Assembly (NCBI GenBank): GCA_051294375.1
Contig: CM119265.1
Location: forward strand, 22,010,278 to 22,074,277
DNA length: 64,000 bases
DNA from: Paraspadella gotoi
Taxonomy: Eukaryota > Animalia > Chaetognatha
Direction: 5' to 3'
Both the position numbers and the translations under genes were made by a program. Positions 48,662-59,937 of the stretch are shown one piece after another (position 1 is the first letter of the stretch; each line of letters starts with the position of its first letter). The notes below the pieces were generated by a model. That model saw only the letters and a program-made list of their open reading frames with translations, made no database searches and had not been told where the DNA came from.

Positions 48662-50806
48662 ATGACGGACGAGAACATCAATGACTTGGATTCCGCAATA
48701 GACTCGGCGGGGACTGCTTGTCCTCCTAACCCTGCACAAACTGCTCAACTTCTAGTCACCAACAATTTTTCAAGTTGCGAACTCGACAAAGAAGACGAAA
48801 CAACATCTCATGACTTACCATCGTTATCTGATTCGAATGTTTTTTTAAAGAATCTATCGTCCGAAGTTGCAGATGACAATTCGGTCATCGAAGTCAACTC
48901 CGTCCATTGCCCGACCTCTGGCGACGACTCTACCCCGGACACCTGCGCCACCGCCGAGGACTGTTCCGTTAATTCGCCCACAAATCTTCCAAGGAAACGG
49001 AGACATTCTGATTTAGACGCCGAATCACTGAAAGAGTGTCTGCCAGAACCGAAAAAACTCTCTGTGGAGAATTTCTCTGATTTAACATCCGTTAGCCCCT
49101 CAACTGATTCTCCTCCTTTAACGTCCGCCGTCTCGACCCCCGTCGTAACTCCACCCATCTCTTCGCCACCCGTCAATATCTTTGCCACTTCACTCTTTTC
49201 AAAATCAGAAACGAAAGCAAATCAATCGGAATCATTCGATCAATCGAATGGTTCCTCCGCTACGTACAAAGCTTTGACGTCATCGGCCCAAACTAATTCT
49301 GATTCGACGAGAACGAAACACGCCAACAAATCCACGCCTAATGGGGCAGCTTCCTGTTGGCTTCCCTTCTGCAGCGCCAAATGCGAAGTCGCGCATCACC
49401 CCATGCTTCAATCCCTGTCTCGTTGTCTCCGCTCGTTGGAAGAATTTCGGGAAGAGGAAGAGCGGGAGGCGGTGATGCAAACGTTTGGATCGGCCGTCGA
49501 AACCCACGAGAAAGAGATTGGGGGCTGGACGAGGACGGATACTGTGGTTGACGTCATGAAAGAGTATTACTATCCTCTCTTACACTCGGCCGCTGTGAGT
49601 GGAAATGTAGGGTTGGTCCGGTGGATGATGCATAACGGATTCGGTGCCTTCACTCGTCCCGTTTGTTTGCCGCTTATGCAATGCATGTTGAACCTCGACT
49701 GTACTGTCAGAAAAGGCAACGATCGAATTCGCATTTTTAAAGAGATGATGGAACTTTTATCGAGCGACGTGGCCGAACCGACGTTCGACAGCGCCGAGCG
49801 GCCGACTTCGCTTCTCATTGCGGCCTGCTCCCGCACCGCCGCTGACGCTGGCGACCGTCCATTTTTCGTCGCTGCCGTGCGTAACATCGTTTCCCATCTC
49901 ACCGACAAGTTCGACTCGGACGCTCAGAGGAAGATCCTCCAGGTTCGCAACGCAGAAGGGAATACTTGCGTCCACGAATTCGCCCGATTTGACGACTCCA
50001 TCCCGACGCTTAAACGACTTTTGGATCTCTGCGTCCGTCTCGGTATCGCCGACGCCGTTTTTAAGTCGCCCAATATTCACGGAAAGACGCCGGTCGACGT
50101 CGCTGCCGACGCCGGAGCTCTTCGACTGGTCACCTTTCTTTCTCCGCTCATGCCGTCGGCTGCCTCGAAAGCCACGATGCCATTCTCGGGTGAAAAAAGG
50201 GAAACTGTGACTTCGAAGACTACTACCGGCGCCGTAATTTCCGCAACAACCAATGAACCCTTGTTATCGGAGCAAGACGTCGCTCCAACGTCTGCAGAGG
50301 ATAATGAAGAGAAGAAAAGTTGTGACAACACGATCCTCCTCCCCGTCATCGAGGAAGGAGACACTCCGTCCCCATCCGCGTCGACCCAGGAGACAGAAGC
50401 AGAGATAATGTTTCGCCCACTTTTTGCCGGTCAGATGAAAGCGGAAGCCAAGTTGAAGATTCTCGAGAAGCATCTCGCGGAGAAGCGGAAGCTGCTTGTC
50501 GACGTCAAGTCACGAGTCGAGAAACACGAAAAGAGCGGGGAGGAGATTAAAGCTAAGATCGAAGAAACAACGTCGGATACCAACTCAAAGATCGAGAACA
50601 TGAAAGTGCTGTTTGAGGTATTGCTGCGGACTCAACGGGACATTAGCGCCAACGATGATAAAGTTAAAACCCTCAACCGTCAACTCGCCGCCGAAATGAA
50701 AACCGTCGTCATGCATGAGAAGGTGTCCCAAGAGTTGACTGACGTTCTCGAAATTATGGAACAATTACGCGGGACGCTTATGAATCAAACTTTTCTGAAT
50801 ATGTGA
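48662..50806 (+). CDS. Intronless ankyrin-repeat and coiled-coil protein
   Basis: 714 aa: Ser/Thr-rich N-terminus with RKRR, ankyrin-like PLLHSAAVSGNVGLVRWM, RNAEGNTCVHEFA and NIHGKTPVDVA, then a C-terminal heptad-rich helix. Confidence 0.75.
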   Translation: MTDENINDLDSAIDSAGTACPPNPAQTAQLLVTNNFSSCELDKEDETTSHDLPSLSDSNVFLKNLSSEVADDNSVIEVNSVHCPTSGDDSTPDTCATAEDCSVNSPTNLPRKRRHSDLDAESLKECLPEPKKLSVENFSDLTSVSPSTDSPPLTSAVSTPVVTPPISSPPVNIFATSLFSKSETKANQSESFDQSNGSSATYKALTSSAQTNSDSTRTKHANKSTPNGAASCWLPFCSAKCEVAHHPMLQSLSRCLRSLEEFREEEEREAVMQTFGSAVETHEKEIGGWTRTDTVVDVMKEYYYPLLHSAAVSGNVGLVRWMMHNGFGAFTRPVCLPLMQCMLNLDCTVRKGNDRIRIFKEMMELLSSDVAEPTFDSAERPTSLLIAACSRTAADAGDRPFFVAAVRNIVSHLTDKFDSDAQRKILQVRNAEGNTCVHEFARFDDSIPTLKRLLDLCVRLGIADAVFKSPNIHGKTPVDVAADAGALRLVTFLSPLMPSAASKATMPFSGEKRETVTSKTTTGAVISATTNEPLLSEQDVAPTSAEDNEEKKSCDNTILLPVIEEGDTPSPSASTQETEAEIMFRPLFAGQMKAEAKLKILEKHLAEKRKLLVDVKSRVEKHEKSGEEIKAKIEETTSDTNSKIENMKVLFEVLLRTQRDISANDDKVKTLNRQLAAEMKTVVMHEKVSQELTDVLEIMEQLRGTLMNQTFLNM

Positions 50807-51319
50807 ATGATGTTTCCAAATCTCTGCAAAATAAAATATTATTATGATATATTTTGTTTCTTTCAAAATGTTAGTAAAATTCGTGACATTAAAAGAGTTA
50901 TGTTCAATGGTCAATATTTTTTACGTCGTCACTATTAAAAATTGAGCTACATAAATGAAAAACTTAGTTATTCAAAGTTTTATAAACCTTTTTGGCCTCT
51001 CGGGAGAGGGAAAGCGGGTTTTGATCGAGCATCCAATAGATTGTTTCAAAAACATCCAATTTTAATATATAGCATTGATTACGTAATACGTATTCATATT
51101 TTTTCTTAGTTCTTAAGATTTATATATATAGTGGACAAGGAGATTGTTAGCGAGGGTGGGATAACAAATGTCCGTTTCTTTTTCAGGTTTCTGTTTTGTT
51201 GACTGTTACTTTCGTTTTAATTTTTTAAGGACGATGAAAAAACACGCATTCTACGAGATTCAAAGCTGAACGGTTTTGGTCACCGCTCCGAATCGCCAAG
51301 CTAACTAGATATATACAGC

Positions 51320-51346
51320 GTCGCCTATGGTTACAATGGCGGGAAA
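51320..51346 (+). promoter_or_regulatory. Candidate promoter elements (RFX X-box-like next to an E2F-like site)
   Basis: GTCGCCTATGGTTAC followed by GGCGGGAAA, in the longest gap of gene run B. Confidence 0.3.
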
Positions 51347-51780
51347 TATTACATTCAGTAATTTTATTTGCTTCTTACACCTATTTTCATTAAAAAGATT
51401 TAAACGAAAACCTATTACTTCTTTTGGTATGCAATGTTTTTATTATATATTTTTGCACAAATTCAACATATAACGATAACTTTCTTCTAATTTCCGTTTG
51501 TTATTCGATATTCGTTGCAAGTGGCATTATTGACATATTCTTAAATCAATCAAAGAGATTACCATAATTTGCGTTTAACTCACCTCGCAAATATTAAATT
51601 TCTTTTTTGAATCATTCCTGGCCCTATCTCGGTATTTCAAAAACAATGGCGTTTACTGCTAGTTTCTTTTTACATAAATATTTTTCTGTGATTTCCTTTG
51701 TTAAAAATTCCCATGTATACAAGGTTGTTACAAATACTCCAAAAAGAAACTCTCGTTGTTGCATATCACGACGTTCGACA

Positions 51781-53470
51781 ATGAACGCGACGCGGTTTTC
51801 TACCGAGAAGGAACGGAAAGAGTTCCTCTCCGATTTGCAGACCATCCGAAAACGCGCTAAGGAATTGAAACTCAAAGATAAAGAGGTCGACGACCTTTAC
51901 TTTTATTCCGATTGGATCGGCGCCGCTTCTCCGACGAGGCTTCAAATTAGGACAATGTTGAAGGTGATTTATTCCAGGTCTGATGGAATCGGATAACTGA
52001 TTCCTGATAACTCGCAATCTTTTTAACAGGCTTTGTGGAAGTGTCTTGACCTAGTCATGGTATGCCTTTGCGCCTATATCTTTATCGCTCAGACTCCATA
52101 TTTCGATAAGTATGTTAACAAATACCTCCCACATTCCGGATTTCCCGCTTTGCGATTTGCCAGGTACAAAGCTTAAAAGCTAAGCCTGACTTTTTAGTCT
52201 GCGAATTCAGTTTGCTTTTCTTTTTTGCAAAAGAAAATTCGCCGTTTCGACGGGATTGACGGATTGGCTGATTTCCCGGGACGCCTACCACATGAACTGC
52301 CTCGTCGAAAATCTGTTGTTTGAACCCCCGGAAGTTTCGTGCCATCGGTGCCTTATCAAGGACGTCGAGGAAATTCAACTGGACAGTCTGAACGCCCAAG
52401 TTGATTTCAGAAATATGGTAATCCCCTCGCATATCTGTAATGTAATGTATAATTGTATATGCCAAATTGCCCATTTCGTATTCGGCCTCGACCCAGTCCG
52501 CATTCGTCCTCCGCTCGTCGCGTCCTGTCAACCTTTCTATAGTGGACGTCCAACGAGTTTATCAACCGCACGCGACCGAAGCTCGCGACCATACAAAGAC
52601 CTTCGTCACGAACACTGACCTCATCGGAAATCTATCCAACTTTCTCGAATCCGATTGGATCGAGGAAGTTTTGACAACTGGAAATGAAACGCTCCAGCCC
52701 TTTTTAGTGAGTCTGTCAAAGTGGGCACATTCGTAGCCGAATAAATCAAAGCGTGACAAACTTTTCCCCCCCCCTATCTTTTCAAAGGCAATTTTTTGGG
52801 CGCATGTTGTTTCATGTATGTTGATGATCCCGATGTTGATTTCTCTCCTTAGGTTTGGCGCGTTAGTCATTATAACGTGTCGCGACACTTCCGCTCTATT
52901 TTCCCTCGCGCCCCCTTTGTGCCTATGGAGTCAGAAGTGCGTCTCGAGAAGATGATGTTTGCTTACAACGCTCAACACCGCAGCTTCAGGATTCGGTCGG
53001 GGGTGTTCGAGAAATCGTGGTTGTATCAGGTCGTTTATCAGTGTCTCTCAAAAATCCCGAAATATTTTTTAGTCCCGCCCAATATGCTATATAATATTTG
53101 ACAGGCTCGCGGTTCTCGTTGCTTCAAGCTGTACCCTCCGTACCACTGCCATGGGGACTTAAATTCCACCGATCAAGGTCCAAAGGACACCAACAAAAAA
53201 AGTGACTCAGACCTGGGCGCCAGCGAATCGGAGACGGAAAACCTGGGAGATTTTATCGACGTGGCCCCCGAAGAAAAGAGGGGTGGTCAGAACCCGAGTC
53301 CCGAGGAAAGCTCCGAGCCGGTTTGCCAGGAACAACTCGTGCGCCTCGACGACGGCGACTTTCTGTACATTCACGGCGAAATTTGGTTCGCGGTTTCCGT
53401 TTTTTGCGAGGACGAGGCCAAACCTGCTCCCGGAGAATATGGCATCACTTACGTTGGGGTTTTTAAGTGA
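51781..53470 (+). CDS. C6orf89 (BRAP)-like type II membrane protein with a cupin-like C-terminus, multi-exon
   Basis: N-terminal TM helix, NCLVENLLFEPPEVSCHRC, RAPFVPMESE, WLYQARGSRCFKLYPPYHC and CQEQLVRLDDGDFLYIHGEIW. Confidence 0.5.
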
Positions 53471-53780
53471 AGCATCTCACACAAGAAGGGGGCCTTTAAT
53501 GGGCGAAAGCAGCTCGTGTGTAGTATTCATATTCTAATTGGCGAATCTCCTTTAGTATTGGCATTCACTTTATATATGTACTGATTTAATTAAAAACTTG
53601 GTGGGCCGGTATTATATTTTACACTGTTAAATTTTTTGTGATATTTTCGTTATATTTACATCGTTGGATTTTTTCGTCGATCTCGTTGAATACATCTGCT
53701 ATTTGCTTTTTACTATTTATCATGTTCAAACGCAATTATTTCTTTCAGAACTTTTGGTATCGTCGCGGATAAGTTGCGCG

Positions 53781-55236
53781 ATGAACCAGCATAGTTTTCC
53801 ATTTTCTCCCTCGCAAGGCCGCATCCAGCACCCCTCGCCCTCAAACTGGACTCCTCGCCCCGTTTGCGTCCCCAACGTTCCAGCAGCCACTCAGGTTGCT
53901 ACGCCGGTCGCCAGCCTCATGCCTAATCCGTCACCGATCTCATCGCGCAAAGTCGATGACGCGCTTCCTTACCCGGACGCTATGACGCCCTCGACTCGGT
54001 TGACCACGTACAGGTCCATTAGTCTTTTGAGAGGAAAAAAAATTAGAGAGTCTAATTTTTTTTTTTTTTTTTTTTTTTCAGGCCTTTTTTTCCTTCATCA
54101 ATCTTGCATCCGTCAATGCTTCAAGATTCTTCAACTTTTCACCGAATAGCGCAAACCACTTTCTCTCCGCTTTCGACCTCCCCCTTTTTATTTTCTGGTT
54201 AGTGGTACGATGATTTTAAACTATTTTGCTTCTTTTAAGAATGAAACTAAGAATATAAAAATATTGTCACGTTAAGTAAAGTATTATTTTCAATTTTAAA
54301 GCGAGAAACGAAGCAACTTCCGGAAGAAAACGAAAATCTGTTGAAAATGGCGGTGGATCAGCGAAGAAAAGTTGCGTGGAGGAAAAAATGGTACTTTTGG
54401 TGCAATAAAAAGTTTGGCTTAGCTGTCCTCTTCAGATATTTTAATCAATGAATAGGCGAGACATATGTCTCGACTCAGTCTCAGTCAAGGATCAACACAA
54501 AACGATTTGGAAGACGACGTTGAAGGTGAAGATGAAGAATTCTCGTCGGAACCCGTGGAAATGCGTTTAGCGCCCGAATTACAGGTTCGTCATGTTGCGT
54601 ATGGCTATTTTAATGAAAGTGAAAAAGTCCATAAGTATGAGTCCATGAATCGCAGATAAACGGAGGTAGACGATCCCGGAGGAAGAAGGTATAACTATAA
54701 ACGTCATCGTAGCCATTACAAAGTTTAATAAATGTTTTATAAAATCTTAGGAGGTAGTGGAGAGATTTAAAAGAACAGTTTTTAAACATCATTCATCATG
54801 AATTCGTTAACATTTTAAAGGTCGCCTTGAATCGTTCTGAAATTTTACCAAACGAGCTACTTGCCAAACTTCCCGGCCCTTCAAAATCTGGTGAGGCGGG
54901 TTGGTTTTTAAATAAAAAGAAAATATAGGCTTTACAAAACTGTTAATAAATTTTTATCTCAATATAGGAATGGAACTAGTTTTATGGCGTCCCCCTGGAA
55001 ACGTTGTTCCCAAAGAGATCATGGTTTCGCTCCATGAAAACGACGTAACCAAAGACGATTCGTCGGTCGTTTATGTCGCCGCCACCAAAGAAGCGACGAA
55101 GGATCAACCGTCGATTGGAGATGCTCCTCCTCTTTCGCAACCGTCTTCTCGAATATCCAGACTCCCTCCCTTTAGAACTAGCAACGGAGCCAACAACAAC
55201 AATAACAATCTCAACGATTTAGAGATGGAGATCTAG
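53781..55236 (+). CDS. CCDC117/HCFC1R1-like protein, multi-exon
   Basis: RKRK...EEKMARHMSRLSL, an acidic stretch, and the signature MELVLWRPPG. Confidence 0.55.
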
Positions 55237-55410
55237 GCAAATTTTTTTTTTTACGGATTGTGCATTTTTAATTAGCAATTATTTCCGTATTTTCTACCCA
55301 GACTTTAGGAAGTAATTCATAATGCAATCGAGCAACAAAAGTTCCAATAAAAAAATATTCGTGTGAAGAAATTGAAGACCCGCTCGTTAGGAGCGTAGAC
55401 GGTGGAGAAT

Positions 55411-58400
55411 ATGATTTTGGATCTAAAATCCGCGTTTGTCCGAATTTGCGATTTATTTAACAGCGACGAAGAGCACAAAAACTGGTAACGTCGAAACTGA
55501 GTGAATATTACAAGTCGCTCGATGCTATAAATGAAATTTTTTAATGCAGGCTTATTTACGTCGAAGAAGAAAGAAGCCGCATCATCATCGAACGTGTTAG
55601 CGGCGTGGGAGAATGCGTCGAGTATGACGTGAAAGAAGAGCCAATCTTTGATACGCCTCTCTCCGATTCTCGGGTATTAATGCGATCGAGACTACATAAT
55701 TACTTTTTACTAGTTTTATGTAGCCGACTCGCGTTGTAGGAACTTACGGCTTACGACGATGGAAATTGGTTGCCCGAGTCGGAAATATGCGACGCGACCG
55801 AGGGAGACAACGACGAAGTCACCGCTTTCATAACCCAATGCCTTCATCCCTCGGAGAATGTCGCTGCGGGAGATTTAATTAGGGACTCTGGTAGGTGTCA
55901 TTTTTTAACTGAAACCAGCAATGTGGTCTCCGCCATACTTAAAGTACTTCTCTTTTCTAGACGATATTTCGCTATTATCATCTAAACCAACGACACGAAG
56001 CAGCACAAACAAAGATGCGGTATATTTTCTTTTTTTGGGCCTGGTGTCCGACGTTTGCCTTGAGAATAAAAATGTGTATTTTTTTAAATTTAGAAATTCA
56101 AATTGCGCGAAGGGAAGTACGTGTGCTTAAGTTGCGGGATCTCATTTCCGAGATCGAAGTTGGCGCGAAAGCACGTCTTCGAAGGCAATTGCGACAAACC
56201 CCGAGACTGTACAGTTTGCTCCCAATCTTTTCCTAATACGGCATCTATGCTGGAACATATGAAGCTGCAACATTCCAGTCATGACGGGAGAGATATTGAG
56301 TAAGCATTGAACGTTCAAATTTTTTTTTTGTCAAACTACTACTAATTATTTTTTAACGTTTACTAGATTGCCTGGAAACTCGGAGAACATTCCGATGGAT
56401 TCGATCGGTATTCAGGAAATGGAAAGTGACGATTCGGACGAAGCGGAAGAATCATTTCAAAATCCTGGTACAGTTCTTGAAGTGAATAATCATAAATAAC
56501 TAATAAATATATTCTTAACTGCTTCAGAATATTTACGATTGGTTAATAACCAATGGTTATCTATGTTTTTTTAGAAAACGATGACTCGAAAGCTGCATCG
56601 AAAGAGGTTTGCCTATTTTGCGGTACGTTCTCTGAACTCATTTCTCCTAAATAATTACTTTATTATTATTATTCGGTTTATTATTTAATTTTTCGATTAT
56701 TAGGAAAAACGTTATCATGTTCGCGGGCTCTCAAACGTCACGTTGACAGTAAGCATTTGGGCCAGGGAAAGATGTTTGCTTGCCCCGTTTGCGGTAAAGA
56801 TTACAAGTGCAAAACAAAAATGAGAGATCATTTGCAGAGGGAACACCCGGAAAGTTCTCAAGCCAACAAAGCATACTCTTGTCCAATTTGGTGAGGTTAC
56901 TTAATGCCTTCTGTAGGTTAGCATGAATTCGATTTAAATAATTTTCGTTTTACAGTGGTAAAGAATTCAAAGCAAGCCTGAAGATGAAAGAACATTTGAA
57001 TCGGATTCACGCCAATGCTTCGAAGACATGCAGTATTTGTAACAAGGTATTGTCGGCTCTCTTTCTACTTCATTCTCTCATATCTATTACCGTTTTTATA
57101 TAACAGTTTTGTCCTCCTCTCAGACTTTCAAGCAAATATATTCGCTCGAGTATCATATGGATATCGTTCACTCCGACGCTCCCAATCCCTTCGCAGACGG
57201 TGCAGCATTGGCCCAATTTTATTACGCGCTTCATTAAATACTCTACTAATACTTTAATCCTTTGGTACTTATATTGATTTTTTTGCCATGTTTACATCAG
57301 GCGAGAGTCACTTGTGCGACTACTGCGGGGCGAGCTTTTCCACGAAGGGAAGTTTAAATCAACATCGTTACACGCGACACGTTGAAGCTGATAAGCATAA
57401 GGAAAGGAAAAGGAAAAAAAAAGTTGAGGCGGCGGAACAACGGAAACTCGGTAAGGGCAGTCTGATCTTTCTTAAAATTGTAACTATGGGTGTTTCACTC
57501 TATTTACATAGACCATCTCCACTTCTCCATTTTTTTAAAAATTTTATTAGGTCAAGTCAAAAAAACCAATAAACCAAAGGAGAAACGGGAATTCGTGTGC
57601 GGAATTTGCGGGAAGGTTTTCACCAGTCACAACTGTATGTTAAAGCAACACATCGCCATCGTTCACGAGGGCAAGCGATTTCCTTGTGAGTGAAAATTTT
57701 AAAATTCGAACTTAACTCAGGGGATGGATCGTGTCAACGTTTTTAATCGTTCTTTGTGACTCAGGTGAAATTTGTGGAGCGGAATTCACAACTCCGGACA
57801 AAAAACGAGTCCACATCGGTAACATCCATAGGGGCATCAAGCACAAATGCGAATATTGTGGAAAAGATTTTACACTAAAAGATTCTCTGAAGACTCACAT
57901 CAACGCCGTTCACAAAAAAATCAAGCATCGATGTGAAATCTGTTCTCAAGGTAGAAATTTGTTGCATGGCATCATAATTAACTCAGTTTTTAAATTTTGT
58001 ATTTTTGTTCAGAGTTTTCGATCATTCAAGATTTGCGGCAGCACATAAAAGCTGTTCATCAGGGAATCAAATCTAAGTGCGAATATTGCGGGAAGGTGAG
58101 AGAAAATTTAATTAGGGCTTTTTTTAGGATCAAATATATGAAAAATTGCAAGATTACTTGTTTTACTATATTAGACTTTAAAATTTTATATTAAAATTTT
58201 AAAAATAAATATAAAAATTCAATAAATTTCACTCTATATTTTATTTATTTATATTTATATTTTTTTCAAACCAAATTTATTTTTATCTTAGGATTTTAAC
58301 CGACCTCAGGAAATGAAGAGGCATCAAAGAAAAGTTCATCAGGTAAGTTGTTTTTTTTAGAGAGAGAGAGAGAGTGAAAGTCTAAGTCTACATATCATCT

Positions 58401-58570
58401 AATTTTGTCTGACGATTTTGATAATTTAAATCGTCACTAAATTTTTTTAGGATCAAATGATAATGAACGTTGTTGGACCTAAGATAGAGATTCCCATCGC
58501 TACGCAGCATGTGATATTAACGGCCTCTGCTGATGGCCAAACTATAACTCAAACTATCACTTCCCTGTAA
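55411..58570 (+). CDS. Multi-C2H2 zinc-finger protein, many small exons
   Basis: About a dozen CxxC-x12-HxxxxH fingers (e.g. CEYCGKDFTLKDSLKTHINAVH, CGICGKVFTSHNCMLKQHIAIVH). Start codon uncertain. Confidence 0.85.
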
Positions 58571-58943
58571 ACAGGGAGGCGCAATTGTGCAGTTCCTTTT
58601 ATTAACCAAATATGAATCTCGAACATCACCACGTGCCGTTTGACGAACGTCTTCACTTCGCCATCGTAAATGATTTTCTTCCTTTTTTTTTGATTGTTTG
58701 TATTTTTTAGTTTAAAGCATTTTTTCGATATTTATTTCGTTTTCAAATACAATCTCTCTTTACATTTCGCCTTTTAACTGTCTCACATTGAATTCTTCCA
58801 TTTCAAGTGCTAATCCTATCTTAACTAATTGTTATCCTAATCGCTGTTATTGATTTTATTTTGAAAAACCAAAATTATCATGTGTACTAATTTTATACAG
58901 GTACAGTTTTTAGTTTTATCTCTTCTCGTTCAAAATAAAGAAA

Positions 58944-59324
58944 ATGCCTTCTTACAACCCCAACGGCGGCATTAATAAGCGGAAACTCTCTCAAAGGTTT
59001 CAGTGGCAGCGGTTACAACTTGTAGCTCGATCGCCTTTCCTTTCACAAATTATTTTTTTAAACAGGCAACCCTGTCCAACACCCAAATCGAAACTCCGTG
59101 TAACACTGAACAGTGACGCTTTGAAACAAGTTCTTCCCTACCTCGCGAACCTGCGGCGCCGAATCGAGCGGCGCTACGCGAAATCCACGATGCTCGTCAC
59201 GGCGGAATTGGCGACGGCCCTTCGTCAGACGCGAAGGCGTTTAGTCCTGCATCACCAGCGCTTTCTCTATGACGCTACGGAGAGAATCGCGCGCTTTGCA
59301 GTCGCCGATGATCGAATTAAGTGA
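58944..59324 (+). CDS. Small basic orphan protein (probable intron 58997-59065)
   Basis: ATG after an acceptor site, GC-rich exon-like composition and an Arg-rich helical product. No family recognised. Confidence 0.5.
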   Translation: MPSYNPNGGINKRKLSQRFQWQRLQLVARSPFLSQIIFLNRQPCPTPKSKLRVTLNSDALKQVLPYLANLRRRIERRYAKSTMLVTAELATALRQTRRRLVLHHQRFLYDATERIARFAVADDRIK

Positions 59325-59937
59325 GATTGTTTTTAGAAAAAAAGTCTAATTGTGTTGGTCTTTTGTGTTGGTTGTTGTTGTTGTTTATGTTGTTTAGACC
59401 GTTAAAGAATGATGTAAATTGTAAAATATGGCTTAGTTAATGAAGGAAAAAACAGCTAATGCGAGAATAAATCCCGGAATTCCCTATTCTAACATTTAAC
59501 TGTTAGAAAAAAGTTCATGGATATTTTATTTTTATTTTATCTTCTGTATATAGGATCTATTTGGAGAATGTCTCGTTCATAGCTAAATACCTGCCCGCCA
59601 ACTTGGAATTAATGGAGAAACATGTCCGGATAATTGACAAGTGAACACGCCAGTTTCTTTTGATTACACTTTAAAATAACGATTTCAGTTTCAGCTTTGA
59701 CAATTTTATGGACCCAGAAATCTAGATCCCACGATTAACTTTTTCATTTACCTAATATATTGTTCAATTCTGTTGATGATTATATAATATCATAATAATC
59801 AACATAATAATAATAATAATAATAAAATATAATAATCTATATATACGTATTTATAGTAAGATATCGATATTGAATGATATTGGTTATGAATGATATTCAT
59901 ATTGTATTAACCCTTTGCAGCACATAATTTTCCAATC

